A stretch of DNA of 64,000 bases from Candidatus Eiseniibacteriota bacterium (GTDB lineage: Bacteria > Eisenbacteria > RBG-16-71-46): positions 141,497 to 205,496 of the forward strand of contig JBGPFC010000003.1 in the NCBI GenBank assembly GCA_041483195.1, given 5' to 3'. This document shows positions 40,383 to 50,711 of this stretch, piece after piece. The notes beneath the pieces are model-generated. The model was not told the DNA's origin, did not search any database, and saw only the letters and a program-made list of their open reading frames with translations. Made by a program: the position numbers and the translations under genes. How positions within the stretch are numbered: position 1 is the first letter of the stretch; the number at the start of each line of letters is the position of its first letter.

Positions 40383-42394
40383 TCAGCGAATCAGTGCGAA
40401 CCATTCTGAAAGGCGGCTGCCCCCCGCCCTGACCAGGGCGAAGTAAATCCCGGGCCCGCTCCGCCTCCCCTCCTCGTCCCTGCCGTCCCACACCATCGGG
40501 TGCGGACCGGCCTCCAGCAATTCTGATCTCACCAGCCGCCGCACGGATCGCCCGAGCACGTCAACGATCGTGACGGAGGTCGGTGCGCTACGTCGCAGCA
40601 CCAATCCGAAATTCACGGTCCCCACCGCCGGATTGGGTCGTGCCGGGTACAAAGTCAGGTCGGTGATCGGTGCGGCAGGTGCAATGGTGCCTTCGGCACC
40701 GACTCTCTGCAAGAACGCGCGAGTCGTAGACGCTGACGGGTCGTCTTCGGACCAGGCGACGTAGGCACCGGACTCCCCGTCACTCACGGGGGTGCTGGGC
40801 ACGGCGTTCACCGCTCCCGCACCCAGGGCAATGCCGTCGATGGGCCAGCCGTCGGCGATCCCTCCATCGCCGCGCACTCGCTGGACGTACGCGCTCGCCA
40901 TGAAGAACATGGTCGGATCGTCTCGATGATCGGACCACGCAATCACAGCCCCGCCGGTGCCATCTGCAGCGAGCTTGGGGGCGAGTTGGTTGCCCCCCGC
41001 GCACCACAAACAACCGTTCCCTCCGCGGGCCAGCCGGGCCCTCGGGCCCCGGTCGCTGTGGCCCGACTCGCGAAGATATCCCAGTTTCCCGACCGGGCAT
41101 CCTCCCACACCAGCAGAATCCCGCCCGCGCCGTCGCTGCATGCACGAGGGTTAGTCTGCTCGCCGATCGCGGTGCAAACCGGCACGCCCTCAGTCGGCCA
41201 GCCAGCCGCCACCGCTCCTGCTCCGGTCAGGCGAGCGACGTAGATATCACCCACGTCCGCTCGGGTGTCGTCCCACGCAACCAGGGCCCCGCCATCTCCC
41301 GTAGGCAAGATCGCGCCAGCATTCTGCCCTCCCAGCGTGCCTGATATCAGCACTCCCGCAACCGGCCACCCGGGCGAAAGCGCACCCGACCCCGAGATTC
41401 GCTGACATAACAGGTCCGAACTCGTGAACGGCGTCGTGAACGGCGTCCACGTTAGGAGAACCCCGCCAGACCCATCTTGACACGCCCGAAAATCGAGACC
41501 CTCTGCTGTGGCCACGACGATCCCGGTATCGGGCCACCCACTCACCACGAGACCGTCGGCGGAAAAGTGCTGAATCCGGAGCGCCCACACAGGCAGGCGG
41601 ATCGTGTCGAACCACGAGACGAAGGCCCCACCAGCACCGTCGGTCGTGATGTTCGGGATCTCGCAGGTCCCTTTCGCGCATACTGGAATCCCATCCTTCG
41701 CCCAGCCGGCGGCGATCGCCCCATTTCTGCCCAGCCGCTGGGCGTAGATATCCGGGCGACGATTGCGCCTGTCCATCCAAGCAACGATCGCGTTCCCTTC
41801 CGGGTCGGTCACGCCGGTCGCGTAATCCTGAAGATCGATTGCACCGCAGATCAGGGCCCCATTGATCGGCCACCCCGAAGCCACGTCGCCAAACGGCGTG
41901 AATCGTTGCGCGTACACGTCGTAGTCTTCGAACCGGTCGCCGTACTCGTCCCAGACAGCGATCACGCCATTTCGCCCGTCGCTCGCCAGCCATGGGCTTG
42001 ACTGGTGGGACGACCGGGTCGATAACGGATTCCCCTGAGCACTCCAGTCAGCGGATGATTCACCTGGCGCCAGAAGGAGAGCGAGACCCGCTGCGAGACC
42101 CGTGAGAGCCGGGACCGAAAATCCGAGGCGCCCCTTGATCGGGTCCCACTTGCGAATCCTCTCGCGCACTGGCGCCGGAGAGCACGGCTCGCGAGACGAT
42201 CCGGCGCGCCATTTCCCTAGTACCTCCTCACGAACGGCGCCGCCACCTCGCGAGGAGTGCTCGACATCGTATTCCTCGTGAAGATCGTTCACGCTTCCAA
42301 TTCCGTCGTGAGCAAAGCCGTCTTGCATTTGATACACCGGCGAACGGCAGTACATCGCCTTCCGGAGTGAACTCGAATGAATGGACGTGACCAA
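40383..42394 (-). pseudogene. Frameshifted secreted 8-repeat (SDGAGG-type) protein with FlgD/T9SS-like CTD
   Basis: Six repeats in ORF 40943-42394 continue as two repeats plus CTD in ORF 40383-41141, with the switch at the C6/G6 run 40993-40998. True start is probably ~42110-42230. Confidence 0.8.
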
Positions 42395-42560
42395 AGCATG
42401 GCTTCGGGAGGGCTAGAGCGCAACACTCGGCTCCTGCCACTCGACTCCTTCCCTTCACCCAAAGTGCGCCCCGAGCTACCCAATCAGGAGCGGGGGATCC
42501 GGCGCCGGAAGCAGCATGAGCCCCGGCCGGCGGTGAGCGTCGCGCCGTCCTCGCGCGCGG

Positions 42561-44663
42561 TCAGCGCGTGGAGTCTGCGGGGCCGAGCGCGCGCAGCATC
42601 GCCTCGGCCGCGCTGCGCTGCGACTCCGCGCCGTCCTCCCATCGTGCAGCGAGCGCCCGTCGCAGCGCGGCGCGCGTCTCGCCGCGCCGGCCTAACGACA
42701 TGAGCGCGGCCGCCTCGAGCGCGTGGCCGGTCGCCGCGCCGGGGTACATCGCGACGATGCGCCGCGCGGTCGCGAGCGCGCCCTCCGCGCGCGCCAGCTC
42801 GAGCTGCGCGCGCGTCTGATCCACGAGGATGAGCGCGTCCTTCGGCGCGAGACGCTCCGCCTGGACGAACGCGGCGTCGGCCTCGTCGGCCATCAGCGAC
42901 GCGAGCGACGCGAGGGATGCGTGCGCATCGCCAGTCGTGTCCGCGAATACAGCCCGCGCTCGCATCGCCAGCGCGTTCGCGAGGCGCTGTACGTTCGAGG
43001 CGCGGCGTGGCTCGCGCCGCATCGCGCCGCCCCCCGCGACCTCGGCGGCGAGCGCGGCGGACTTGGCCGCCGCGAGGTCCCGGTTCGCGAGCGCGGCGCC
43101 CGCGAGCGCGACTCGCGAATCGCACTCGAGGCGGAGCAGCTCGTCGTCGATGGGATCGAGCGCCACCGCGCGCTTCGCGGCGCGCACCGATTCCGCGGCT
43201 CGCGTGGCGCGATCGCGAGGGTCTGCGGCTACGCTGTCCGTCAGCGTATCGCGCGCGCGGCCCGCCGCGGCGAGGGCGCTCATCTCGCGCACGGCGCCCG
43301 CGGCCAGCACCGCGAGCACCACGAGGCCGATCGCCGCCGCGATCGCCGGCGTACGTGCCGGCGGCCGGGCCTCGACCGGCTCGCGCGTGCATGCGGCGAC
43401 CATCGCGGCGAGCGTGACGAACACGGCGGCCCCCGCCAGCCCTACGGGATTGAACGCGCCCGCGATCACGAGACTCACGCATGCGGATCCGATCGCCACG
43501 ATTTCCGCGCGGTGGTCCGTCGCCCTCCGCCACGCGATCGCGATCACGAATCCGAGCGCGATCAGCCACATCAGCCCCGCGAGCGTGCCCGCCACGCCGC
43601 AGGTCGTGAGGATCTGGAGCGCCGCGGAGTGCGCGTGCACCGGCACGCCGATCCACTCATCACGCCACAGCGCCGCGGTCTGCACCGAGGGGAACGTCAG
43701 GCCGAACGTATCGGGTCCAGTCCCGAGCCACCGATGCGCGCGCCACAGGGCGAGCGCCCCGCGCGCGATCTCCATGCGCGCCGCGCCCGACGTCGCTCCG
43801 GCGTGCGCGGCTTCGGCGATGCGCGCGGCGATTGCGCCACGCAGGGCGATCGCGCTCCACGCGGCGGCGGGTAGGACCGCCACGGCAAGTGTCAGCCCGA
43901 CGCGGCGCGCCGCGTGCGGCGTGCGCAGCGCGAGCGCGCCCGCGATCGCCGCGAGCACGCCCAGCGCCGCGGCCAGCCACGCGCCACGCGAGAGCGTGGC
44001 CGCGATCGCCGTCGCGAGCAGCACCGCGCCCGGCGCGATGCGCCACGGATCGCCCCGCCCGCTCGCGAGTCGCGCGGCCGCGACCGCGAGCGCGGCCGCG
44101 AGCAACGCGCCGAGCAGGATGGGATTGCCGAGCGTCGAAGATGGCCGGAGCGCGGACCACGCTCCCGACGGATAGGTCGTCGCGTTGGCCCACACCAGCG
44201 GATCGAGGCCCGCGAACTGAATCATCGCGTACGCCGCGGCGATCACCGCGCACGCGAGGAGCACGTTCAGCGTGCGGCGCGCGGCGGCGGCGCCAACATG
44301 CGAGCGCCGCGCCCCGGCGTAGAGCCCGGCGAGCGCGAGCGTGGTGAGCAATCCCTCGCGCTGCTCGATCTCACCGAGGAGACTGAGGCGCGGCGACACG
44401 CTCGTGAGCGTCGAGAGCGCGGAGGCAACCACCCACGCGACGACGGCGAGATCCATCGCGACCACCGCGCGCGAGCCCGCCGCGGGGCGCCCGCGTCCGC
44501 GCGTCACCAATGCTTCCACCAGCAACGCCGCGAGCGAGGAAAGCCCGATCGCGCGCAGCGCGGCGGCCTTCGCCGCGTTGAACGGATCGAGCAGCCCGGG
44601 GATGAAGGCGAGGATGACGAGCGCGAGCGCCGCGCGGACCGCGACGCGTGCGAGGCGCGCTAT
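42561..44663 (-). CDS. O-antigen ligase (Wzy_C)-family membrane protein with C-terminal TPR-like region
   Basis: EQREGLLT, YAMIQFAGLDP, STLGNPILLG, TLSRGAW, GTGPDTF, HAHS. The frame stays open and hydrophobic up to an ATA at 44663. Confidence 0.85.
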   Translation of the reverse strand: MARLARVAVRAALALVILAFIPGLLDPFNAAKAAALRAIGLSSLAALLVEALVTRGRGRPAAGSRAVVAMDLAVVAWVVASALSTLTSVSPRLSLLGEIEQREGLLTTLALAGLYAGARRSHVGAAAARRTLNVLLACAVIAAAYAMIQFAGLDPLVWANATTYPSGAWSALRPSSTLGNPILLGALLAAALAVAAARLASGRGDPWRIAPGAVLLATAIAATLSRGAWLAAALGVLAAIAGALALRTPHAARRVGLTLAVAVLPAAAWSAIALRGAIAARIAEAAHAGATSGAARMEIARGALALWRAHRWLGTGPDTFGLTFPSVQTAALWRDEWIGVPVHAHSAALQILTTCGVAGTLAGLMWLIALGFVIAIAWRRATDHRAEIVAIGSACVSLVIAGAFNPVGLAGAAVFVTLAAMVAACTREPVEARPPARTPAIAAAIGLVVLAVLAAGAVREMSALAAAGRARDTLTDSVAADPRDRATRAAESVRAAKRAVALDPIDDELLRLECDSRVALAGAALANRDLAAAKSAALAAEVAGGGAMRREPRRASNVQRLANALAMRARAVFADTTGDAHASLASLASLMADEADAAFVQAERLAPKDALILVDQTRAQLELARAEGALATARRIVAMYPGAATGHALEAAALMSLGRRGETRAALRRALAARWEDGAESQRSAAEAMLRALGPADSTR

Positions 44664-46084
44664 CGGACCAGCACCACGCGGCTGGTGGCGACGTGTCCGC
44701 CGCCGTCGGTCGCGCGCAGGAAGTAAACGCCCGCCGGCAGCAGCCGGCCGTCATCCGCCGTCGCGTTCCACAACCAGCGGCCGGTCGTGCCGGTCCCCTC
44801 GCCCACGCGGCTGCCGCGCGCGTCGAACACGTCGAACTTGAGCGCGCCGGCCGAGCCCGACCAGGTGACGAACGCGGGACCGCGCGAGGGATTCGGCATC
44901 ACGCGCAGGTTGAACGAGGCGGGCGATGCGATCGAGGGCGGGACGCTCACGTTCACCAGCGGCTCGCCGATCAGCCGGAACGAGAGCGCGCGGTCGAGCA
45001 GCGGGTTCCAGATGCCGGTCGAGGTCGAACGCGTGAAGAAGGGACCGATGCCCGAGTTGAAATCCGCGCTCTCGCCGCCGGTCAGGCTGCGCGTGAAGAT
45101 GCCGTAGTCGTGGGCCACGCGGACGAGCATCCAGTAGTCGTGATTGGGCTGGAGCGTGATGATCTGATCGAAGTCGTAGTGAGATCCCCAGAAGCCCGGG
45201 GCCGAGCCGTACTGCAGGAAGTAGGCTTCGACCAGCGACGGCGGCAGCGCCCGCGGCGGTGTCGAGACGCCCTGCGCGTCGATGATCGCGATGAGGCCGG
45301 GATCGATCGGATAGTGCGGGGAGACCGGACCGAACGCCAGCTCGAGCCAATGCAGCTTGGTGGGTACCGGCACGCGAAAGCGCTGGATGAGGTCGTAGCT
45401 CGAGCTGTCCATCAGCGAGCTGGTGGTCATCACGCTCTGAACCACGTACAGGCTCTGAAGCGCATCATCGCCGCCGCACACCGCGTGCCCGAGCAGGGGA
45501 TGCCCGCCCGCGAGCGGCACGCGTGAGAGGCCGACGATGTACGCGTACGCGGTGGGCGTATCGGGCGACCCATTGTTGTCGAAGTACGCGCCCTCGGCGT
45601 TGGTCGTCACGACGTAGTCCATCGCGGTGGTGATCGCGGGCGGATCGGCCATGTGCGAGACGTGCCGGACGATGATCGGCGGGTTGTAGTCCACGCGCAG
45701 ATGGTTGTACTGGAGATCCGACGGGTTGAAGCTGCGGGTGCGCAGCGTCACCGTGGTGGGATCGGGCGCGAGCGTGGTCGGGTCCCACTGCACGAAGTTG
45801 AACGTGCTGTAGGTAAAGGACGACTGCACGTTGAGGCTGCACGCCGCGACATTGCCCACGCAGCCCAGCGGCTGCGTGATGCCGGTATTGGTCCCAATGG
45901 TGTAGAGCGACCCGCTCCCGCCCTCCTGCAGCATGATCGAGCAGCCCGGGTACGAGTACGCGTTCGCCGCGGCCCCCGCGCGCGCGCCGGCGCGCCGCGA
46001 CGAGGCGACGATCGCAAACACGAGCAGAGCGGCGACCAGCAGCGCGGGAACGGCGCGAGTCCAGCGTTTCACGGGGTGCTCCAC
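44660..46084 (-). CDS. Secreted hypothetical protein with FlgD/T9SS-like CTD
   Basis: Signal peptide; C-terminal MPNPSRG...FDARG...PAGVYFLR...SRVVLVR. Confidence 0.8.
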   Translation of the reverse strand: MEHPVKRWTRAVPALLVAALLVFAIVASSRRAGARAGAAANAYSYPGCSIMLQEGGSGSLYTIGTNTGITQPLGCVGNVAACSLNVQSSFTYSTFNFVQWDPTTLAPDPTTVTLRTRSFNPSDLQYNHLRVDYNPPIIVRHVSHMADPPAITTAMDYVVTTNAEGAYFDNNGSPDTPTAYAYIVGLSRVPLAGGHPLLGHAVCGGDDALQSLYVVQSVMTTSSLMDSSSYDLIQRFRVPVPTKLHWLELAFGPVSPHYPIDPGLIAIIDAQGVSTPPRALPPSLVEAYFLQYGSAPGFWGSHYDFDQIITLQPNHDYWMLVRVAHDYGIFTRSLTGGESADFNSGIGPFFTRSTSTGIWNPLLDRALSFRLIGEPLVNVSVPPSIASPASFNLRVMPNPSRGPAFVTWSGSAGALKFDVFDARGSRVGEGTGTTGRWLWNATADDGRLLPAGVYFLRATDGGGHVATSRVVLVR

Positions 46085-46221
46085 GCGGGGTACGGAGAGA
46101 GCCGCGGGGCGGCTCGAAGACTCCTCAAGAGTAGTCGGCGGGGCGCGTGAGTGCGAAGCAAATTTTCGGGGCGCTCAAGGAGGGCGCGCGTGAGGCTGGG
46201 CGCGCGGCCCGGAGATCGGGG

Positions 46222-48549
46222 TCAGCGCACCAGCATCAAGCGCTTCACCGCGCTCTGCCCTGGCCACTCGTACCGCACGAAGTAGAGCCCGGCAGGCGCC
46301 CGGCCACGGCCGGCTCTTCCCTCCCAGACCAGTTCGTGGCGTCCCGCCGGATAGTCTTCGTCCGCGAGCACCGTCACGACCCGGCCCTGGAGATCCAGCA
46401 CGCTCAGGCGCACGCGCGCCGCGCGCCCGACCCCGAAGCTGATTCGCGCCACGTCCGTGCTCAGGCTCGGCGCGATCGCCAGCAGTTCGAATCGATCGAC
46501 GTGCGAGCTTGCCGCCACGGCGATCGGGCCGAAGGTGGTCACGCTCCCGTTCGACATCGTCGCTGTCAGCCGGTAGCAGTACCCGCGGCCGCTCACGACC
46601 TCGCGATCGAGCAAGATCGCGGTCTGACCGTCGTCATGGCGCTCGCCGTTCACCGCGACCCAGGGTCCGCTCTCGGCATCGGCTCGCTCGAGCCGGGCAT
46701 CACCGATGCCCGAGGGACCGCCGAAGATCCAGCGCAGCTCGATCCCCGCGCTCGTCCAGTTCCCCTGGAAGAGCCAGAGCAGCGTGGGGGTGAGAATGTA
46801 GCCGAACTTCTCGATGCGGTTGTTACCGCTGTCAGTGACGTAGACGTTTCCACTCCCGTCCACCGCCACGCCGTAGGGAAGCTTGAACTGCCCGTCGCCG
46901 GAGCCTTGGGATCCCCACTTGGAGAGAAACGTGCCGGTGCCCGTGAACTTCTGGATGCGGTTGTTCTGTTCATCCGCAACGTAGACGTTGGCGCTCGCGT
47001 CCACCGCGACGCCCGTGGGATAAGAGAACTGCCCGTCGCCGGAGCCCTCGGATCCCCACTTGGAGAGGAACGCTCCGCTCCCCGTGAATTTCTGGATGCG
47101 GTGGTTGTAGGTGTCCGCGACGTAGACGTCGCCGCTCGCGTCCACCGTCACGCCGTAGGGAAGGTTGAACTGCCCGTCGCCCGCGCCTCCGGACCCCCAC
47201 TTGGAGAGGAACGTACCGCCGCTCGTGAATTTCTGTATACGGTAGTTGTAAGTATCCGCAACGTAGACGTTGCCGCTTCCGTCCACCGCCACACCGAAGG
47301 GAAAGTTGAACTCCCCGTTGCCCAAGCCTGGGTACCCCAATGTGGAGAGGAACGTACCGCTGCTTGTGAACTTCTGGATGTACTGGTTGCTTTCATCTGC
47401 GACGTAGACGTTGTCGCTCCCGTCCACCGCTACGCCGATGAGAGTGTTGAACTGCCCGGAGCCGGTGCCGTATGGACCCCACTTGGAGAGGAACGCGCCG
47501 CCGCCCGTGAACTTCTGGATGCGGTTGTTGTTGGCGTCCGCGACGTAGACGTTGCCGCTCCCGTCCACCGCCACACCGTACGGAAGATTGAGCTGACCGT
47601 CGCCGGAGCCTCCGGACCCCCACCTGGAGAGAAACGCACCGCTGCTCGAGAACTTCTGGATGCGCTGGTTGTCGGTATCCGCGACGTAAACGCTGCCGCT
47701 CGCGTCCACCGCCACGCCGGCGGGAAGGAATAGCTGCCCGTCGCCGGAGCCCTGGGACCCCCACTTGAGGAGGAACGTACCGCTGCTCGTGAATTTTTCG
47801 ATGCGGTGGTTGTAGGTATCGGCGACGTAGACGTTGCCGCTCCCATCCACCGCCACGCCGGTGGGATAGTAGAACTGCCCGTTGCCGGAGCCTTGCGACC
47901 CCCATTTGGAGAGAAACGCACCGCTGCTCGCGAACTTCTGAATGTGGTTGTTGTTCTTGTCCGCGACGTAGACGCTGCCGCTCCCGTCCACCGCCACCCC
48001 GATGGGATAGTTGAACTGCCCGTCGCTGGAGCCGAATGAACCCCACTTGGAGAGGAACGTGCCGGTGCTCGTGAACTTCTGGATGCGGTAGTTGCCCGTG
48101 TCCGCGACATAGACGTTGCCGCTCCCGTCCACCGCCACACCATAGGGAGTATTGAACTGCCCATCGCCGGAGCCTCCGGACCCCCACTTGGAGAGGAACG
48201 TGCCGCTGCTCGTGAGTTTCTGGATGCGCCGGTTGCCGGCGTCCGCGACGTAGATGTTGCCGCTACCGTCCGCCGCCACGCCATGGGGCGTGTCGAACTG
48301 CCCGTCGCCGGAGCCGAATGAGCCCCACTGGGCGAGGAATGTACCGTTGCTCGTGAACTTCTGAATGCGGTTGTTGCCGGTGTCCGCGATGTAGACGTTG
48401 CCGCTCCCGTCCACCGCCACGCCGGCGGGAGCGTTGAAGATCGGCGGGGTTCCCCATTTCAAGAGAAATGCTGGAGGGTTCTCGGCCGAGGCAGCGGTGC
48501 AGAGCATGAGAGTGCCGCATGCCACGAGCAACGATCGCAATGCTCTCAT
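46222..48549 (-). CDS. Secreted 12x NHL-repeat beta-propeller protein with CTD
   Basis: Signal MRALRSLLVACGTLMLCTAASA; 12 GVAVDGSGNVYVAD..N.RIQKF repeats; CTD DLQGR...AGLYFVR...KRLMLVR. Confidence 0.92.
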   Translation of the reverse strand: MRALRSLLVACGTLMLCTAASAENPPAFLLKWGTPPIFNAPAGVAVDGSGNVYIADTGNNRIQKFTSNGTFLAQWGSFGSGDGQFDTPHGVAADGSGNIYVADAGNRRIQKLTSSGTFLSKWGSGGSGDGQFNTPYGVAVDGSGNVYVADTGNYRIQKFTSTGTFLSKWGSFGSSDGQFNYPIGVAVDGSGSVYVADKNNNHIQKFASSGAFLSKWGSQGSGNGQFYYPTGVAVDGSGNVYVADTYNHRIEKFTSSGTFLLKWGSQGSGDGQLFLPAGVAVDASGSVYVADTDNQRIQKFSSSGAFLSRWGSGGSGDGQLNLPYGVAVDGSGNVYVADANNNRIQKFTGGGAFLSKWGPYGTGSGQFNTLIGVAVDGSDNVYVADESNQYIQKFTSSGTFLSTLGYPGLGNGEFNFPFGVAVDGSGNVYVADTYNYRIQKFTSGGTFLSKWGSGGAGDGQFNLPYGVTVDASGDVYVADTYNHRIQKFTGSGAFLSKWGSEGSGDGQFSYPTGVAVDASANVYVADEQNNRIQKFTGTGTFLSKWGSQGSGDGQFKLPYGVAVDGSGNVYVTDSGNNRIEKFGYILTPTLLWLFQGNWTSAGIELRWIFGGPSGIGDARLERADAESGPWVAVNGERHDDGQTAILLDREVVSGRGYCYRLTATMSNGSVTTFGPIAVAASSHVDRFELLAIAPSLSTDVARISFGVGRAARVRLSVLDLQGRVVTVLADEDYPAGRHELVWEGRAGRGRAPAGLYFVRYEWPGQSAVKRLMLVR
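46800..48440 (-). repeat. Coding tandem repeat, 12 units of 141 bp (47 aa)
   Basis: A GTCCACCGCCAC-like core recurs every 141 bp. Confidence 0.9.
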
Positions 48550-48775
48550 CGAGACGGCCTTCCTGTGGCGGGACGCGCAGTGCGACTGCGCCAAGCAAGG
48601 GTACGCCTCCGGATGGACGGCCGACAGGCCGAAGATTGCCCACTTGAGTGCATGCCGGAGTACTCGGCCGCGGCTCGCGCCACTGCCCAAGGGCATTGCG
48701 GGCGGAAGCACGACGCACTTGTTCGAGGGCGCGCTGAGTGCGTGATCGGCCGCCCGCCCACGCCCGAGGCAGCCC

Positions 48776-50503
48776 CTATCGGATGATGGCAACCTTGCTG
48801 AATGCTCGGTGACTCCCCTGCGTGAGGCTCACGCAGTAGATCCCCGGAGGCAGAGCGGACACCCGCGTCCCCAGCGACGCGACGTGCGCTCCGGGGCCGA
48901 GGCTGCCGACCGAGAGTGACTCGATACGACGTCCGGTGAGGTCGTAGAGAACCAGCGTCGCCGGTGTGGCGTCCAACAATGAGAAGGACACACGCGGATT
49001 GCCGAAGCTGGGATTGGGCTGAATGCTTCGCAGGCAGAAGCTCGCCGCGACGGAGACAGGTGGGGCCGACAGGATGACTCCACCGAGCGTTCCGTCGGCA
49101 TTGATGTTCTGGGCGTAAATGTCGTAGCTGGTGCCGCTGCGGTGGTCTTGCCAAGCGACGATCGCACCGCCCGCGCCGTCCGATGCGATCGTGGGGACGA
49201 ACCGGTAGTCGACCGCAGTGCATAGCGCCACGCCGTCAGCGGCCCACTGGGGCAGACCCGCTGCGTTCATCCGCTGGGCGTAGATTTCGACATTGCTGCC
49301 GGAGGCGTGGTGAAACCACGCGACGATCGCACCGCCTGCACCGTCCGACACGATCATGGGGTTCTGCGATATCAAGATTAGCTGGTTGCCGGCGGTGCTG
49401 CAGAGCGCGCCATTGGAGGTCCACTGCGCCACGCCCGTCGCGTTCATCCGCTGGGCGTAGATATCGTAGTGAATACCGTCGCGTCGGTCCTGCCAAGTGA
49501 CGATTGCCCCGCCCAAGCCGTCAGGTGTGATCGCAGGGGTAATTTGGAAATTCGCAGCGATGCAGAGCACCGCGCAGTCGGCGGTCCACTGCGGCACGCC
49601 GGCCGCGTTCACCCGCTGGGTATAGATGTCGATTTTCGTGACACTGTCGCGGTAGTCCTCCCAGGTGACGATCGCCCCGCTCGCACCGTCCGATGCGATC
49701 GCGGCGTTCTGCTGGTCGCCCTCGGCGGTGCAGAGCGGCACTCCGTCTTCGATCCACTGCGGCGCACCCGCCGCGTTCACGCGCTGGGCGTAGATATCGT
49801 TGCTCGTGCCGCTGCGATAGTCGTACCAGGCGACAATTGCCCCGCCCGCGCCGTCCGACGCGATCGTGGGGGTGAACTGGTTGTTCGGCGAAGTGCAGAG
49901 CGCCACGCCGTCGGCGGTCCACTGCGGCACCCCCGCCGCATTCACCCGCTGGGCATAGATCTCGTAGTCGGTGCCGCTGCGAAGGTCATCCCAGGTGACA
50001 ATCGCGCCCCCCGCGCCGTCCGATACGATGGTGGGGTACAGTTGGTCATCCGCGGCGGCGCAAAGCGCCACACCGTCGGCGGTCCACTGCGGCACTCCGG
50101 CCGCGTTCACCCACTGAACGTAGATGTCGCTGTTCGTGCCGCTACGCAAGTCCTCCCAGGTGACGAGGGCCCCGCCCGCGCCATCCGATGCGATCGTGGG
50201 CCGATACTGTGTGCCGGGGGCTGCGCAGAGCGCCACGCCGTCGACAGCCCACTGCGGCACCCCCGCCGCGTTCACCCGCTGGGCGTAGATGTCGAAGCTG
50301 GCGCCGCGGCCATCGTGCCAGGTGATGATCGCTCCGCCCGCCCCGTCCGATATGATCTTGGGGACTTGCTGGTCGCTCGCGGCAGTGCAGAGTGGCACGT
50401 TGACCATGGGATCGCCCGGCCACGCCGCCCATGCCGCTTGAGCTACAGAGCCGAGAGTTGCGAGGGCAACGACAATCAGCGCCAACCATCTCGCGCCTGA
50501 CAT
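48776..50503 (-). CDS. Secreted 8-repeat (SDGAGGAIV.W.D.R) protein with T9SS-like CTD
   Basis: Signal peptide; eight ~55-aa repeats, each preceded by an LC motif; CTD QPNPS...YDLTGR...PGIY...KVAIIR. Confidence 0.9.
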   Translation of the reverse strand: MSGARWLALIVVALATLGSVAQAAWAAWPGDPMVNVPLCTAASDQQVPKIISDGAGGAIITWHDGRGASFDIYAQRVNAAGVPQWAVDGVALCAAPGTQYRPTIASDGAGGALVTWEDLRSGTNSDIYVQWVNAAGVPQWTADGVALCAAADDQLYPTIVSDGAGGAIVTWDDLRSGTDYEIYAQRVNAAGVPQWTADGVALCTSPNNQFTPTIASDGAGGAIVAWYDYRSGTSNDIYAQRVNAAGAPQWIEDGVPLCTAEGDQQNAAIASDGASGAIVTWEDYRDSVTKIDIYTQRVNAAGVPQWTADCAVLCIAANFQITPAITPDGLGGAIVTWQDRRDGIHYDIYAQRMNATGVAQWTSNGALCSTAGNQLILISQNPMIVSDGAGGAIVAWFHHASGSNVEIYAQRMNAAGLPQWAADGVALCTAVDYRFVPTIASDGAGGAIVAWQDHRSGTSYDIYAQNINADGTLGGVILSAPPVSVAASFCLRSIQPNPSFGNPRVSFSLLDATPATLVLYDLTGRRIESLSVGSLGPGAHVASLGTRVSALPPGIYCVSLTQGSHRAFSKVAIIR

Positions 50504-50711
50504 CGCAGGCCACCACCTTTCGGCCGCGAGGAGGGCGCCATGAACGGCGGGCAGTAGGGGATGCCCGAGGCACGTCTATCCCGATGCGGTCCGACAAGCG
50601 AGGAACCTGCGCCCTTGTCTTCGACTTGGCAAGGTGAGGGTGGGAACGGGCCGGCGCGATCTCCCCGGATCCAGTTGCTGGCCGTACTTGCCGAACGCAG
50701 CGACGGCGCCC

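Noticed and set aside
42230..42560. Lower-GC stretch with small ORFs upstream of the frameshifted gene
   Set aside because: No motif or coding signal could be supported.
46800..50400. Regular DNA repeats as a possible CRISPR array
   Set aside because: The periods (141 bp and 162-165 bp) are multiples of 3 and encode in-frame protein repeats; there are no unique spacers or cas genes.
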